DNA of 64,000 nucleotides from a virus (lineage: Duplodnaviria; Heunggongvirae; Uroviricota; Caudoviricetes): positions 168,465 through 232,464 of IMG/VR virus record IMGVR_UViG_3300028413_000003; one strand, given 5' to 3'. The notes below the pieces were generated by a model. That model saw only the letters and a list, made by a program, of their open reading frames with translations. It made no database searches and was not told the origin of the DNA. The translations under genes were made by a program, and so were the position numbers. Positions 18,192-28,600 of the stretch are shown one piece after another (position 1 is the first letter of the stretch; each line of letters opens with the position of its first letter).

Positions 18192-19178
18192 TTATGCCGG
18201 CGGAGAGCCGTTGTTTGATGTTAACTGAACAACTGTTGCAATAATTGGTGCCGGAACATTGACTGCTGTATATGAAACAGCGTTGTACACAAAACTACTG
18301 TCGGGTCTAAATGTGTTAACAGTGCTAGTAGTTGTGCCGCCTACTGATTCGTCAATATTTCCTGCTGAGCCATCATCTATTGATATCCTAAATCTTAAAA
18401 CAGTGTCACTGACAGTACGGCCGGCAATTGTGTAATCGTTGCTACTATACACACCAGACCCAGTTTTAGTATAAATTAATTGATACGTTGATGTTAGTGC
18501 ATTGTATCCACTAGTAGAAGGTGTTCCGGAATTAGCAGTTAGTCGGTATTTGTCAAATTTTATAGTTCCTATTGCCGATAGCATATTTGCCCAATCGGTG
18601 TCCTTTGCGCCCGATCCAGCTGTTAAGCTTGCAGAAAATCTTAGTTCGCCGCCGGTTTCAAAATAATAGTCGCGTTCTGCTAGGCTAGCAAATGTAAAAG
18701 TAACTACATGATATATAGTTTGGTTATTAGAAGAATTTCCCCATGATGTGCTTCTTGCGCTCGCATCTGCAGTGCCAAGAGAAAAACTACTATCTGGCCA
18801 GCCAGATGTACTTCCGTCAAAATTGCTAATATCAACTACTAGTTGATTATAATCGTTTATGCCCGATGTTGTACTAGTTGATGTTGCCGTTTTTGCTCCA
18901 GTAACTTGATTAAATTCTAGAGAAACGTCGGCACCAATTGTTTGTCCGGTTGCAGGAACGTTGATAAGAGCGGAGATTGATCCAGCTTGATGAACATAGC
19001 AGCCTTGTGCATCAAGGTACAGTTCTTCCAGTTGTTGAGATGTAACTTTGCTCGATGTAGCAACCACCGGTGATGATCTTAAAGTTTGACCGTAGGTGGT
19101 ATTATACACTGTTGATAGCGTGGTTCTTATATTATTATATTCTGATGCAGATATTACTCCGCCAACACTTACAGGCAT
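18192..19178 (-). CDS. Virion structural / tail-fibre-associated protein
   Basis: S/T/G-rich; shares F.S...R.Y.F..GG.(L/I)RF.A.L with 19211..20098; late motif AATAAATA at 19200-19207. Confidence 0.6.
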   Translation of the reverse strand: MPVSVGGVISASEYNNIRTTLSTVYNTTYGQTLRSSPVVATSSKVTSQQLEELYLDAQGCYVHQAGSISALINVPATGQTIGADVSLEFNQVTGAKTATSTSTTSGINDYNQLVVDISNFDGSTSGWPDSSFSLGTADASARSTSWGNSSNNQTIYHVVTFTFASLAERDYYFETGGELRFSASLTAGSGAKDTDWANMLSAIGTIKFDKYRLTANSGTPSTSGYNALTSTYQLIYTKTGSGVYSSNDYTIAGRTVSDTVLRFRISIDDGSAGNIDESVGGTTTSTVNTFRPDSSFVYNAVSYTAVNVPAPIIATVVQLTSNNGSPPA

Positions 19179-19210
19179 GTATAGTCTCCGTTAACAGTGT
19201 ATTTATTGCA

Positions 19211-20098
19211 TCATGTACTAAGAGCACTAATGTTTGAAAACAACGGACTTGGTACCGAAACATATGCACCAGTTGCTCTAAATTGGTTAATTATGCTTGT
19301 GATATTACCAGTAACGTTTTCGTCAATTGATCCGCCAGGGCCGGTTGCCCCTGCCCCATCTATAAATTCGACCAGGAAAGTTAATGCGTCAGCAGTTGCC
19401 TTGGCACGAATGGTGTAAAAAGTGTCCGAATATCCAGTGGTTTTTGAGTTTGTATAAATTTGTACATATTCAGCATTGTCTATCAAATCAAAATTACCAA
19501 TGTTTGCAGAAGTATCAGTTACAATTGTAGCAGTTGATACCGCTGTGGTATGATTGAAAATAATAGATTGCATACTGGATAAGAACGATGCCCAGGCTGA
19601 CGATTTGGCATCTGCCGGGGCAGATAATTGAGCGCCAAATCGTATTTGGCCTCCGGAATTAAAGAAGTATCTCCGTGCATTTGCAGATTCAAATGTTACC
19701 CTAAACTCATGTGTGATTGTGCCATTCCAGGTGGTATTTCTAGTACTAGATGCTAGTGCAGAAGTTGTAGCTTCTGCAGGATCAATTTTAAAACGAGATG
19801 CTCCGGTAATTCCAGAAGTTATAGATTCATACTGGGTGTACGCGCTATTTGTAATATCAGTGTTAGCAGCAATTGACAGCAGTACCGGTAAAGCACCGTT
19901 TTGGTGAGCATGTATGTTAACAAGATCAGTTTTTAATCTTTGCATGTGAGTAGCAACAACTGTGGCGCCTGGCGCCACAGCAGAACTTGACAATACCTGT
20001 CCGTACCCAAAGTTAGTTGCCCCGTTGCCTAAAACTTGAGTTACAATTGTTTGCATTGCATTGTATCGTGCTGCTGAGATTATATCGCCTACGGCCAT
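19211..20098 (-). CDS. Virion structural / tail-fibre-associated protein (paralog of 18192..19178)
   Basis: MAVGDIISA..YN start, FESANARRYFFNSGGQIRF; TATAAATA at 20127-20134. Confidence 0.6.
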   Translation of the reverse strand: MAVGDIISAARYNAMQTIVTQVLGNGATNFGYGQVLSSSAVAPGATVVATHMQRLKTDLVNIHAHQNGALPVLLSIAANTDITNSAYTQYESITSGITGASRFKIDPAEATTSALASSTRNTTWNGTITHEFRVTFESANARRYFFNSGGQIRFGAQLSAPADAKSSAWASFLSSMQSIIFNHTTAVSTATIVTDTSANIGNFDLIDNAEYVQIYTNSKTTGYSDTFYTIRAKATADALTFLVEFIDGAGATGPGGSIDENVTGNITSIINQFRATGAYVSVPSPLFSNISALST

Positions 20099-20126
20099 TA
20101 TTTTTTTTCCTATAAACTGCTAGTTT

Positions 20127-20134
20127 TATTTATA
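20127..20134 (-). promoter_or_regulatory. T4-type late promoter TATAAATA
   Basis: Exact consensus upstream of 20098. Confidence 0.65.
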
Positions 20135-21581
20135 CCTTAAGCACACACTCAACTAATTTTTCGTCGTTGCTGTAATTTGACTCAAGTGATATTCCAACTA
20201 GTGCAGTAGTTGCAATTGTAGTACATACACCGTCGACCATTGCATACACTGCTTGACCTTTTTTAACTGGTCCTGATACTCTAACAGGTAGACGACCCTT
20301 TAGACCAACGGGCTGACCGTGTGCTTCGCTGTTCATTAAGTATGCAGGGTCAGTTGATATAACCCCAATGCAATGGTTACTCGCAGTAGCAGGTTCTACC
20401 TCGTAGTCAATACTTGCGCTAACTGCTACTGCGGTTCCAGGAAGTAGTTCTTCGTTGGTTGAATAATTTTCTGCTAAATCGGCATATCGAGCAGTTGTTG
20501 CTATTCCACGAAATACTACCGCAGTTATGTCGCCACTTGCATCTCTTGCTGCGATAGTATTTATAGAACCGGCAGTTGTAGCTGTTCTATATAAGCCGCT
20601 AACAGATAATGTATCTGCCTGTGTTGCAGTACCATTAAATGTAGTTGCATAAATGTTAGACCATCGTTCAGTAATCGTGCCCAATGCATACGTGTTGTTT
20701 ACTGCTGGCTTAATTTCAGTGTTAGAAATATTTATAATATCTCCGTCGGCTGCATTTTGAATTTTAAGCAGGCCTCGTTTAAGTTGTATTATAGGTGTAA
20801 AAGCATCGGGTGCAATTTTAACAACTAGGTCGTCGTCATTGCCTAGTGTAAATCCAGGATCATTGAACTTAACAACATTGGTAAATACTGCATTATCAGT
20901 TGTAAGAAATTCTGCTGCGGTTTGGCCGTTTAAAGTTAATGCATTGCTTGCAGTTCCCCAATAAACATGATCGCTTGTAGTAACACCGGCTGTTGCTGCC
21001 TGAGTATTCACAAGCGTTGTACCTTGTTTGATTTCGTCAAACCCTGTGATTGCATCACCTGCTGAGATTGTAAATGCAGTCGGACTTGTAATATAAACAA
21101 TGATATCTTCAATAGTAGCAGCAATAACTGCATGCGGATTACCAACCGTGTCAAAGAGCGTCAGTGATTGCATTTGAGTAAGTCCGGATCCTGCGCCCTG
21201 TGGTCCTACTAGTACCCACTCATTTACTGAATTTCTACTATAGAGCTGATTGGTACTGTTGTTCCACCAAAGTTCTCCCTCGGATAGACCAATTGGTGCA
21301 GTTGCGCTTACTTCGCCGCCGCCTGTTGTTTTCCAAATTGTACCATCATATACTCTAATTTTAGAATTAATACTGTCGTACCACAGCATGCCGGCGATTG
21401 GCCGAGTTGGAGCTGTTGACGAAGCAAAATTTTCTAAAAGGAACAAAAAGTTTTCGTTCTGTGCTTCGCCGTAGCCAGCAAAGTTTTTGCCAATGAATTT
21501 TACTTCAGTAGCTTGATTTACCGTTCCATCTTCAACTGTTGTTAAGACCGATCCGTTGTATCTGTTAATAATATAAGCCAT
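20130..21581 (-). CDS. Tail fibre protein
   Basis: Shared N-terminal module GKNFAGYG...ENF..LLENFA...P..P..G.LWYD; C-terminal ADLAE...GVIST.P...G..PV chaperone-like domain. Confidence 0.7.
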   Translation of the reverse strand: MAYIINRYNGSVLTTVEDGTVNQATEVKFIGKNFAGYGEAQNENFLFLLENFASSTAPTRPIAGMLWYDSINSKIRVYDGTIWKTTGGGEVSATAPIGLSEGELWWNNSTNQLYSRNSVNEWVLVGPQGAGSGLTQMQSLTLFDTVGNPHAVIAATIEDIIVYITSPTAFTISAGDAITGFDEIKQGTTLVNTQAATAGVTTSDHVYWGTASNALTLNGQTAAEFLTTDNAVFTNVVKFNDPGFTLGNDDDLVVKIAPDAFTPIIQLKRGLLKIQNAADGDIINISNTEIKPAVNNTYALGTITERWSNIYATTFNGTATQADTLSVSGLYRTATTAGSINTIAARDASGDITAVVFRGIATTARYADLAENYSTNEELLPGTAVAVSASIDYEVEPATASNHCIGVISTDPAYLMNSEAHGQPVGLKGRLPVRVSGPVKKGQAVYAMVDGVCTTIATTALVGISLESNYSNDEKLVECVLKV

Positions 21582-21634
21582 TTATGGTTTAACCCCTATT
21601 GCGTTAATAGTATTTATCAGTTAAACATTATATC

Positions 21635-22954
21635 TTAGCTTACGTCTTCAATATAGGCCCAACTTCCGGCAACTACTCTAAATCTCTTCAAAGTACGTGC
21701 AACAGTTAATGCAAGTGTGTTAGTAGCATTGTTAAATAATACATCAGCTAACACAGACTGGTTTTCGGTACCTGCTTTGTCAACTGTGACAAAAGTTTTT
21801 GAAATTCCATCAGACGCATTGTACGTGTTTGTTCCGCTGTATTCGGTACAATGTATTAATGCTTCTACGTTGTCAATTTTTGTGCTCGACGGCACCATAG
21901 ATTCAATTATGTCTACAATCAATGAATTATTTAATCCTGTAATATCAAGTGAGAAGAAAACGTCAGTGTTTGTTATGGCACCCTCAATGGCAAGATTTCC
22001 TGTTATTCTTACATCTCCAGAAACATCAAGGTTATATTGCGGATTATCTTGCCAAATTCCTACATTTCCAGCAGTAGTATTAACAGTTAGGTAATCAATT
22101 AAAAAGTTTTCACTCACTGTTGGTCCTGGGTTAACTTGAAATTTGATTCCTGCGTTGCCAGTCTGACTTCTCAATATAGTATTATTATCTGATACAAGTA
22201 ATTTGAAATCATTATTGTCGCCAACTGTTAGACCAAGATCGGTCTGTATTTTTAATATACCAGTTGTTGTATTACCAACTACTTCACTTTCTGGATTGGT
22301 TCGAAGAAATCCAGTATCTGATATTCCAGAAATTGATAATGCAGATTCAGCAGTTCCGTGGTAAAGAAAATTAGAATACAAAGAGCTAATATTAATACCT
22401 TCTTTGATATCTTTCTCAAAATTAGGCAAAGCAATGGCCATAGTAAACGATTCTCTGCTAATGATTGCTATCGGTTGTGCAGCTATTAACAATCGCACAA
22501 CAACTTTTGAATTTCCAAACTCGTCAACTAGAGTTTGAACATCTAATCCGGACTCTCCCTGTGCAACAGTGTAAATTGGGCCTGCAAGAAATGTATTATC
22601 GCCATCGCTAAACTTTAATTGCTTGTTTGCAGTATCGACCCAAAGTTCTCCAGGTGCTAATGAAGGAGTTGTAGAAGAAACAACAGTTGCAGCAGTTGCT
22701 ATAAAAGATTCTCCATTGTAGATTTTTAATCTTACTTCGCTAGTATCGTACCAAAGCTGTCCAACAAGTGGGTTTGACGGGGCGGCGGTATTTGCAAAGT
22801 TTTCAAGAACTTTAACAAAATTCTCATTAAATGCTTCGCCGTATCCTGTATAATTTCTTCCAATAAGAATCAAGTCGGTGGTCTCGTCATCGATTCTGCC
22901 GTCAATCAAATCTACTAAAAGTGCGCCGTTGGTTGTATTAATTTTATAACTCAT
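21635..22954 (-). CDS. Tail fibre protein
   Basis: Same N-terminal module (GRNYTGYG..NENF..LENFA..P.NP..GQLWYD); GNVGI...P...LDVSG fibre repeat. Confidence 0.7.
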   Translation of the reverse strand: MSYKINTTNGALLVDLIDGRIDDETTDLILIGRNYTGYGEAFNENFVKVLENFANTAAPSNPLVGQLWYDTSEVRLKIYNGESFIATAATVVSSTTPSLAPGELWVDTANKQLKFSDGDNTFLAGPIYTVAQGESGLDVQTLVDEFGNSKVVVRLLIAAQPIAIISRESFTMAIALPNFEKDIKEGINISSLYSNFLYHGTAESALSISGISDTGFLRTNPESEVVGNTTTGILKIQTDLGLTVGDNNDFKLLVSDNNTILRSQTGNAGIKFQVNPGPTVSENFLIDYLTVNTTAGNVGIWQDNPQYNLDVSGDVRITGNLAIEGAITNTDVFFSLDITGLNNSLIVDIIESMVPSSTKIDNVEALIHCTEYSGTNTYNASDGISKTFVTVDKAGTENQSVLADVLFNNATNTLALTVARTLKRFRVVAGSWAYIEDVS

Positions 22955-25029
22955 TAAAAGACTCCGTGGTATATGATAAAGTTAACTGTTGCAAAAGGCG
23001 AAACTGTTTTAAATTCTTCTTGCGATAATGCACGATTGGCAATGCCTTCTGTTCTTGTTATTCCTGACCCAGTGAGTGGCCCAGTAGATGATGGAAGCGC
23101 GCTAACCGCTGACGAGTCAGCTGGATTGGTAACGTTGTTGTTAGTAGCATAAAATTGTGTTCCAGCATCGCCTTGTAAACTGTGCGTGTGCTCCGGTAAT
23201 TGATCTGTTTCGATTAATGCAGCAGACGAGCCGCCGTAGTTGCCAACCGTGTTAGCAGCGCCGTCGTTGAGGACTCGAGCAGCACCAGTTGCTCCGGCCA
23301 GTCCTCCTAGCAAAGATCGGCCGCGCATGTCAGGAGATTTAAATAGTAACAGCGGCGATGACGAAATTCCAAAGCTTGGACCGATGATGTTATATAATAG
23401 TTCGTATGTAGCAATTTCGTACTCTGCTCCGTCACACATTAACCACCCAGTTGGCGCTGCTTGGCCGCCAAACGGTAAAATAGTGCCAATTGGAACCAGT
23501 GGACCTAATGCATCGTTGGGTATTTTTTCTAATAATGCTCGTTGCTCTACTATTCGTATTCCAGTACCGGGTCTGTTAACTAAGATTTGATCAGTTGTTT
23601 CCGACGTTGTTACTTTATCCTTATCAGTGAAGAATGTATCATTTAACGTAGTATTAAACTCTTTTGTCAATCCACTAACTTGGCCGTCAAACTCAACAAC
23701 TTGAGATATTACATCACCAACTAATTGAAAACTTGTAGCACTGCTTAACTTCCCAGCCGACGATGCCGATCCTGTTATGTTACCGGTTAAGTTTCCAGTA
23801 AATGCCCCAGTGAATCTTTCAGCGAACATATTAGAAAACGGCAGCAATAACGACCCAACGCTTGATAGACTTGACGAGGTTGTTACAATATTGTTAACAG
23901 TAATATTTCCTGTAACAGTTGCAGTTCCGTCGACTTCCAAATCTCCTAGTATACTGCTGTTGCCACTGACAATTAAATTTGACGGATCAGAATCTGAGTT
24001 AGTGCCAACATTGAGATTGCCAGCTGTTCTCACATCACCTCGGACATCGAGCGTGGCTGTTGGAATCCTAGTCGGACTACCAATTACTACACTAGTATCG
24101 TGGTAGACTCTTAGTGCAGTTGTTAACACTCCGTCTTTTCTTACTCTGAAGTCAATGCTGCCATCAGATGCACCATTTCTAATTTCACCAATGCTTCCTG
24201 AAACAGACATTTTAAACTTTGTGTCGTCGCCGACTGTTATGCCGTCGTTACTATTTACTGTTAACGATTTTGTAAAAGTATTTGCATTGCTGAGTATTGC
24301 AAATTCAGCAGCAGCCCTTGGTGAACCGTTGATGATTAGACTCTCGGCTGTACTTGCAACGCCGTAATATTTTGTATTGGTTGTTATGCCGCCTAGGTCT
24401 TCCCCTGTGCCTGTTATTGTTTTACTTAGGTTAACACCAGGATAGATTATATTATTAGTTGCGCCAGTTGAAAAACCTGGAAGATCACTTTGATTCTTGG
24501 CTGTAAATTGATCTGCACTAATCACCGATATAACTTTATTTGCAATATAGTTGACTATAACAGTTCTGACCTTGTTGTTAGTGTCTTTGATAGTTTGTGT
24601 TGTTGTTCCTGTGCCGCTGCCTGCTGCGTCTGACGGGCCAACAAGAATCCAACCAGATCCGCTGTATAAATAAAGCTGCCGTGTCGAGGTGTTAATCCAT
24701 AAATCTCCCAGTGTACTCGAAGTTGCATCGGGTTCGGTTGTTGCTTTTTTTAGTCCACCGGCACTTACCCACTGGGTGCCATCGTAAAGTTTTAATTGGT
24801 TGGCATTGTCAGTTGTGTCGTACCATAACTGGCCTTCAACTGGTCTTGCAGGAGAACTAGTGTTTGCAAAATTTTCCAGTAGATGCAAGAAGTTCTCTGC
24901 AACAATTGTTCCGTATTCTCCTTGATCTCTGCCAGGAAGTGACAGGCTAGTTTCATTGTTGAAGGTTTTGTCAACAACAACAATCGAGCCTTTGTTGACG
25001 TTATCGGTAAATTTTACATTGTATGGCAT
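22954..25029 (-). CDS. Short tail fibre-like protein with phage tail-collar domain
   Basis: Same N-terminal module; VPIGTILPFGG..APTGWLMCDG...Y..LY..IG...PDMRGR collar; LPEHTH metal motif; NFII C-terminus. Confidence 0.8.
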   Translation of the reverse strand: MPYNVKFTDNVNKGSIVVVDKTFNNETSLSLPGRDQGEYGTIVAENFLHLLENFANTSSPARPVEGQLWYDTTDNANQLKLYDGTQWVSAGGLKKATTEPDATSSTLGDLWINTSTRQLYLYSGSGWILVGPSDAAGSGTGTTTQTIKDTNNKVRTVIVNYIANKVISVISADQFTAKNQSDLPGFSTGATNNIIYPGVNLSKTITGTGEDLGGITTNTKYYGVASTAESLIINGSPRAAAEFAILSNANTFTKSLTVNSNDGITVGDDTKFKMSVSGSIGEIRNGASDGSIDFRVRKDGVLTTALRVYHDTSVVIGSPTRIPTATLDVRGDVRTAGNLNVGTNSDSDPSNLIVSGNSSILGDLEVDGTATVTGNITVNNIVTTSSSLSSVGSLLLPFSNMFAERFTGAFTGNLTGNITGSASSAGKLSSATSFQLVGDVISQVVEFDGQVSGLTKEFNTTLNDTFFTDKDKVTTSETTDQILVNRPGTGIRIVEQRALLEKIPNDALGPLVPIGTILPFGGQAAPTGWLMCDGAEYEIATYELLYNIIGPSFGISSSPLLLFKSPDMRGRSLLGGLAGATGAARVLNDGAANTVGNYGGSSAALIETDQLPEHTHSLQGDAGTQFYATNNNVTNPADSSAVSALPSSTGPLTGSGITRTEGIANRALSQEEFKTVSPFATVNFIIYHGVF

Positions 25030-25031
25030 TT

Positions 25032-25652
25032 TTATCCCTCGTTGAAGCCGCTGAGGCTTTGTACTCTAACAGTATAATCAATTTGTATTAATCTGTTTAA
25101 ACTTTTTTGAACAGGATGAAATATAACATGTGTTAGCAAACGTCCTGTGTCTGACGACTTGAAACCTTTTAATCCTAGTTCGTCAAAAACATATAATCCA
25201 TTGCTGTTACTGCTTGTGTCAAATGCTTCTTGCCCAGACGGCTCGCCATAATCTAATAAGCAACTGATCAAGATGTCAGTATAATTAGTTCCTGAAACAT
25301 GTCGAACTTCTGTTTTGTTCCTAGTAGGATCCACGTTGTTGACACTACGATCGTCAATAACTTTTGTATAAGTTTGATTGTATAAACTAGCATTTGTTCC
25401 AGTTGTGTTCGGAGTTAAATATGTAATAATACCTGTTGGATCCACACTTGTTCCGCCGTTGCCAAAACTCATTTCGTAGATAAACCCCTGTCCGCGATTG
25501 GCCAAGCTTTCTGCTAATGATAAACTCATGTTTTCATAATTAATAGCATTTCGTTTGTTAATAAAGGTTTCTCCGGATGCTGGGTCAAATATCTTAATAT
25601 GACCTTCGACGTGTAAACCGCTATATTCTTTTAAATTTGTCATTCCTACCAC
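25032..25652 (-). CDS. Baseplate-associated structural protein
   Basis: GHIKIFD..N.I, FGNGG, FDELGL, THVIFHPVQKS motifs; lies between the wedge and fibre genes. True start may be the ATG at 25643. Confidence 0.6.
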   Translation of the reverse strand: MVGMTNLKEYSGLHVEGHIKIFDPASGETFINKRNAINYENMSLSLAESLANRGQGFIYEMSFGNGGTSVDPTGIITYLTPNTTGTNASLYNQTYTKVIDDRSVNNVDPTRNKTEVRHVSGTNYTDILISCLLDYGEPSGQEAFDTSSNSNGLYVFDELGLKGFKSSDTGRLLTHVIFHPVQKSLNRLIQIDYTVRVQSLSGFNEG

Positions 25653-25663
25653 CTGTATTGTAT

Positions 25664-28600
25664 TTATTTAGGCAACTCTATTGTTGCGTTTCGCAAAAAG
25701 TTACCTATGATATTATCTGTATTTGCCAACGATTTTCCTTCATCGTTCCACACTTTGCCTACTTTTCGTATGATTGAAACCAATTCTCCGTCGGCAGGTG
25801 TTATATTATTTCTGTCTAAGTTAAAGACAATAGTATTTCCGTTTAATGTAAATTCCGCGGCTACTGTATTGTCTCCTTCGGGGCTGTCTTGATGCAACGA
25901 TGTATTATATCTTTCTATTGAAGCTTTTCTAAGTCTGTGTCCAGCAACAAACACTTCGATTTCGTCAACACTTAACGGAGTGTAATCGAGCACAATATCT
26001 GTGCTTCCGTCGGACTTGATTGTCTGATTCAAAATTGTATCAGTGTAATTAACAGTCTCGTCTGGCCCTTGGCCGTATGCTCGTGTTCCGGCGTTATACG
26101 TTTCTTTAACGCCAGTTCCTAAAGTACCTCTTCTAAGTTGCTGTACTTGATTACCATTGATTTCAAAGTATTCAATTCTTTCGCCATTAATAAACAACAC
26201 GCCTGGAATATTTTTTGCCTTGTTAGGTTGAAACATTCCAGTTGCATCTTCTAACATAATTCTAATGTCATAATAATTTAGCGGATTTAATAGAACATAG
26301 CTGTTATCCTGGTTAAGTCTCTTGTAATGAACTCGATTTAACATGTCTTTAAAAATTCTGTATCCAAATTTATTAGTAACCGGAGTTGCGCCAAATTGTA
26401 TTACATCAATAACATCATCTTCTGAAGGTGTTTTATACAACTCTATAGTAGTACCTGCAGAATTCAACGAATAATCAACTTCAGGAGTTAATAACTCTCC
26501 GTTGACTGCAATCCATGCATAACTCGAGTTTGGTATTGTTCCTCTTAATGGAATAAACCCTGTTGCAACTAGATTTCTAGTTGCATAATCAAACGAATCC
26601 GCAGTTATGTCCGAATCTGTAATGACCTTATATGTAATTCTTTCAAAATTATTAATATCATGATTACTGAACTGGTATATTTCTACCAAATCGGCAGATT
26701 GCGGCGGTGATGTAAAAGTCATTCCTTCGCTTGTAACGTACGACACAGTAGTAACAACAACGTCGGTTGTGTTACCATTTGCTGATATAGAAAAATTGTT
26801 ATTATCTAAAAACGATTCTCTTATTTCTGTGCGCTGGCGCTGTATAGTAAGTGTGTTTGCATTAGTCGACGTAACAACTCCGGTATAAACAGTGCTGTCC
26901 TCTGCTGATTCCAATGTTAAAGTGTCGCCAGTTGACACAATAGCTGTTATATCAGTGTCAAATATAATTTGTGTGTCAACAAAATAGTACTCTGCATCCT
27001 TGATAACATAAATGTCAAGACGTGTGCCGGCCGGTGCTACTTGAGCTGTCAATAAGTTAATTCGTATATTTACTGCATCATAAGTGTATTCACTAGAATC
27101 CAGCTGCTGATGGTCTGCAAACACAAATACGTCGCTTGCAGTTATAAAGTTATCACTAAACTGCCATTCTTCTATGTTATAAACTCGTGAATCAGTCGTT
27201 GTATACACAACACTGTATCCGGGGTTTAAGATCTTGTTGCCAACTTTTACAAGTATATTATGAGATATAGGCTTGTTGTTAAACGGCACAGTGTTGATTG
27301 TTCCGTCAAATTTGTGATAATCATTGCTGTTGTTCGCCGTAAATGTTTTGTCAATGGTTACCTGACTGTATGTTTGTATTAACGTACTGTAAAGGCTGTA
27401 TTGAACAAAGTCATCAGTTGTCAGCGCACTAACAGAAAACTCAATTTTTACTCTGTTAGGGAATCCATCACCTGCTGTTGTTTCTGCTAATATATAATCA
27501 ATGCCACTGGTTAGTACATTGCCGTTAACTGTAATCAGTGCCGACACCTGATCACTCCAAGCAGCTGACGTTACAACACTTGTTGTAGTTCCGTCGGAGT
27601 AAAAGTTAGTTGTATCAATTAGATTGATTCCGTTTGTGCCAATGGTCGTGATAGCTAAATTTGTACCAATTTGTAGTGTACCGTCATCAAAGTAGATTTT
27701 GCGATTTGTATAATCAATAGTGTATAGATCATTGCCGAGAATTACATTGTCTAATTTAACAATTACACTATCATTGGTTTGCGGAATTGCCGGTAATGAA
27801 AATTCTACACTTGATCCGTCTATGTTGTAATTTACAGTTCCGATAATACCAACACCGTCTGATGGTCTGTGATACACCTGAATGTCCAATGTATCTCTAA
27901 TTTCTCCCGGAACAAGTTCCTCTGGGCCCTTTGAAGTAGTCGGAGTAACAAAGCCGTCGCCGTCTATGTTAATTTCTCCGCTGTCAATGCCAGTTGCTGT
28001 AGTGTAGCCAAGATTGCCGCCTGACAGTTGTGTGTCGTAGCCAGAAAATATTGTTGCACCATCGCTTGTGCTTTTTCTAATGACTACAATGTCACCAGCT
28101 ATTGTTGTTACTAGCTCTTCATCGATTACAATAGTAGTAGAAAACCCGTCACCGGTGATTGTCTGCATAACAGCGCCAACAGTTGTTACAGGTGTTAGTG
28201 TGCCGTAGTTCGGGTCGTCAATTCTTGTTCCGTTTAGATAGAAGTTGTATTCAACCCCGATTTCCAAGGGTTGACTTAATTCAAATATTGTTGTGCTACT
28301 GTCTAATACAAAGATTTCATCCTGGTTGGTTTCATCAAATGTGTCCCACGGCAATGATCCGTATCCTGCAATGTCCCATCCTTGGTCAATGCCAAATGTA
28401 AAGCTGTCGATTGTTACTCCTGAATATTCGACGCCATCCATTAGTTGCGCTAGGTCGTTGCCCAGCATGCCAGTTGACGGATTATAGAAGAAGTTGATTC
28501 TGTCAGCAGCATCCAGTAAATTAATATCTTTTTGATATTGAATTTCTATCAAAGTATCTATTGCAGGCGGATTTACAAAATCTATGCGGCCGATATATCT

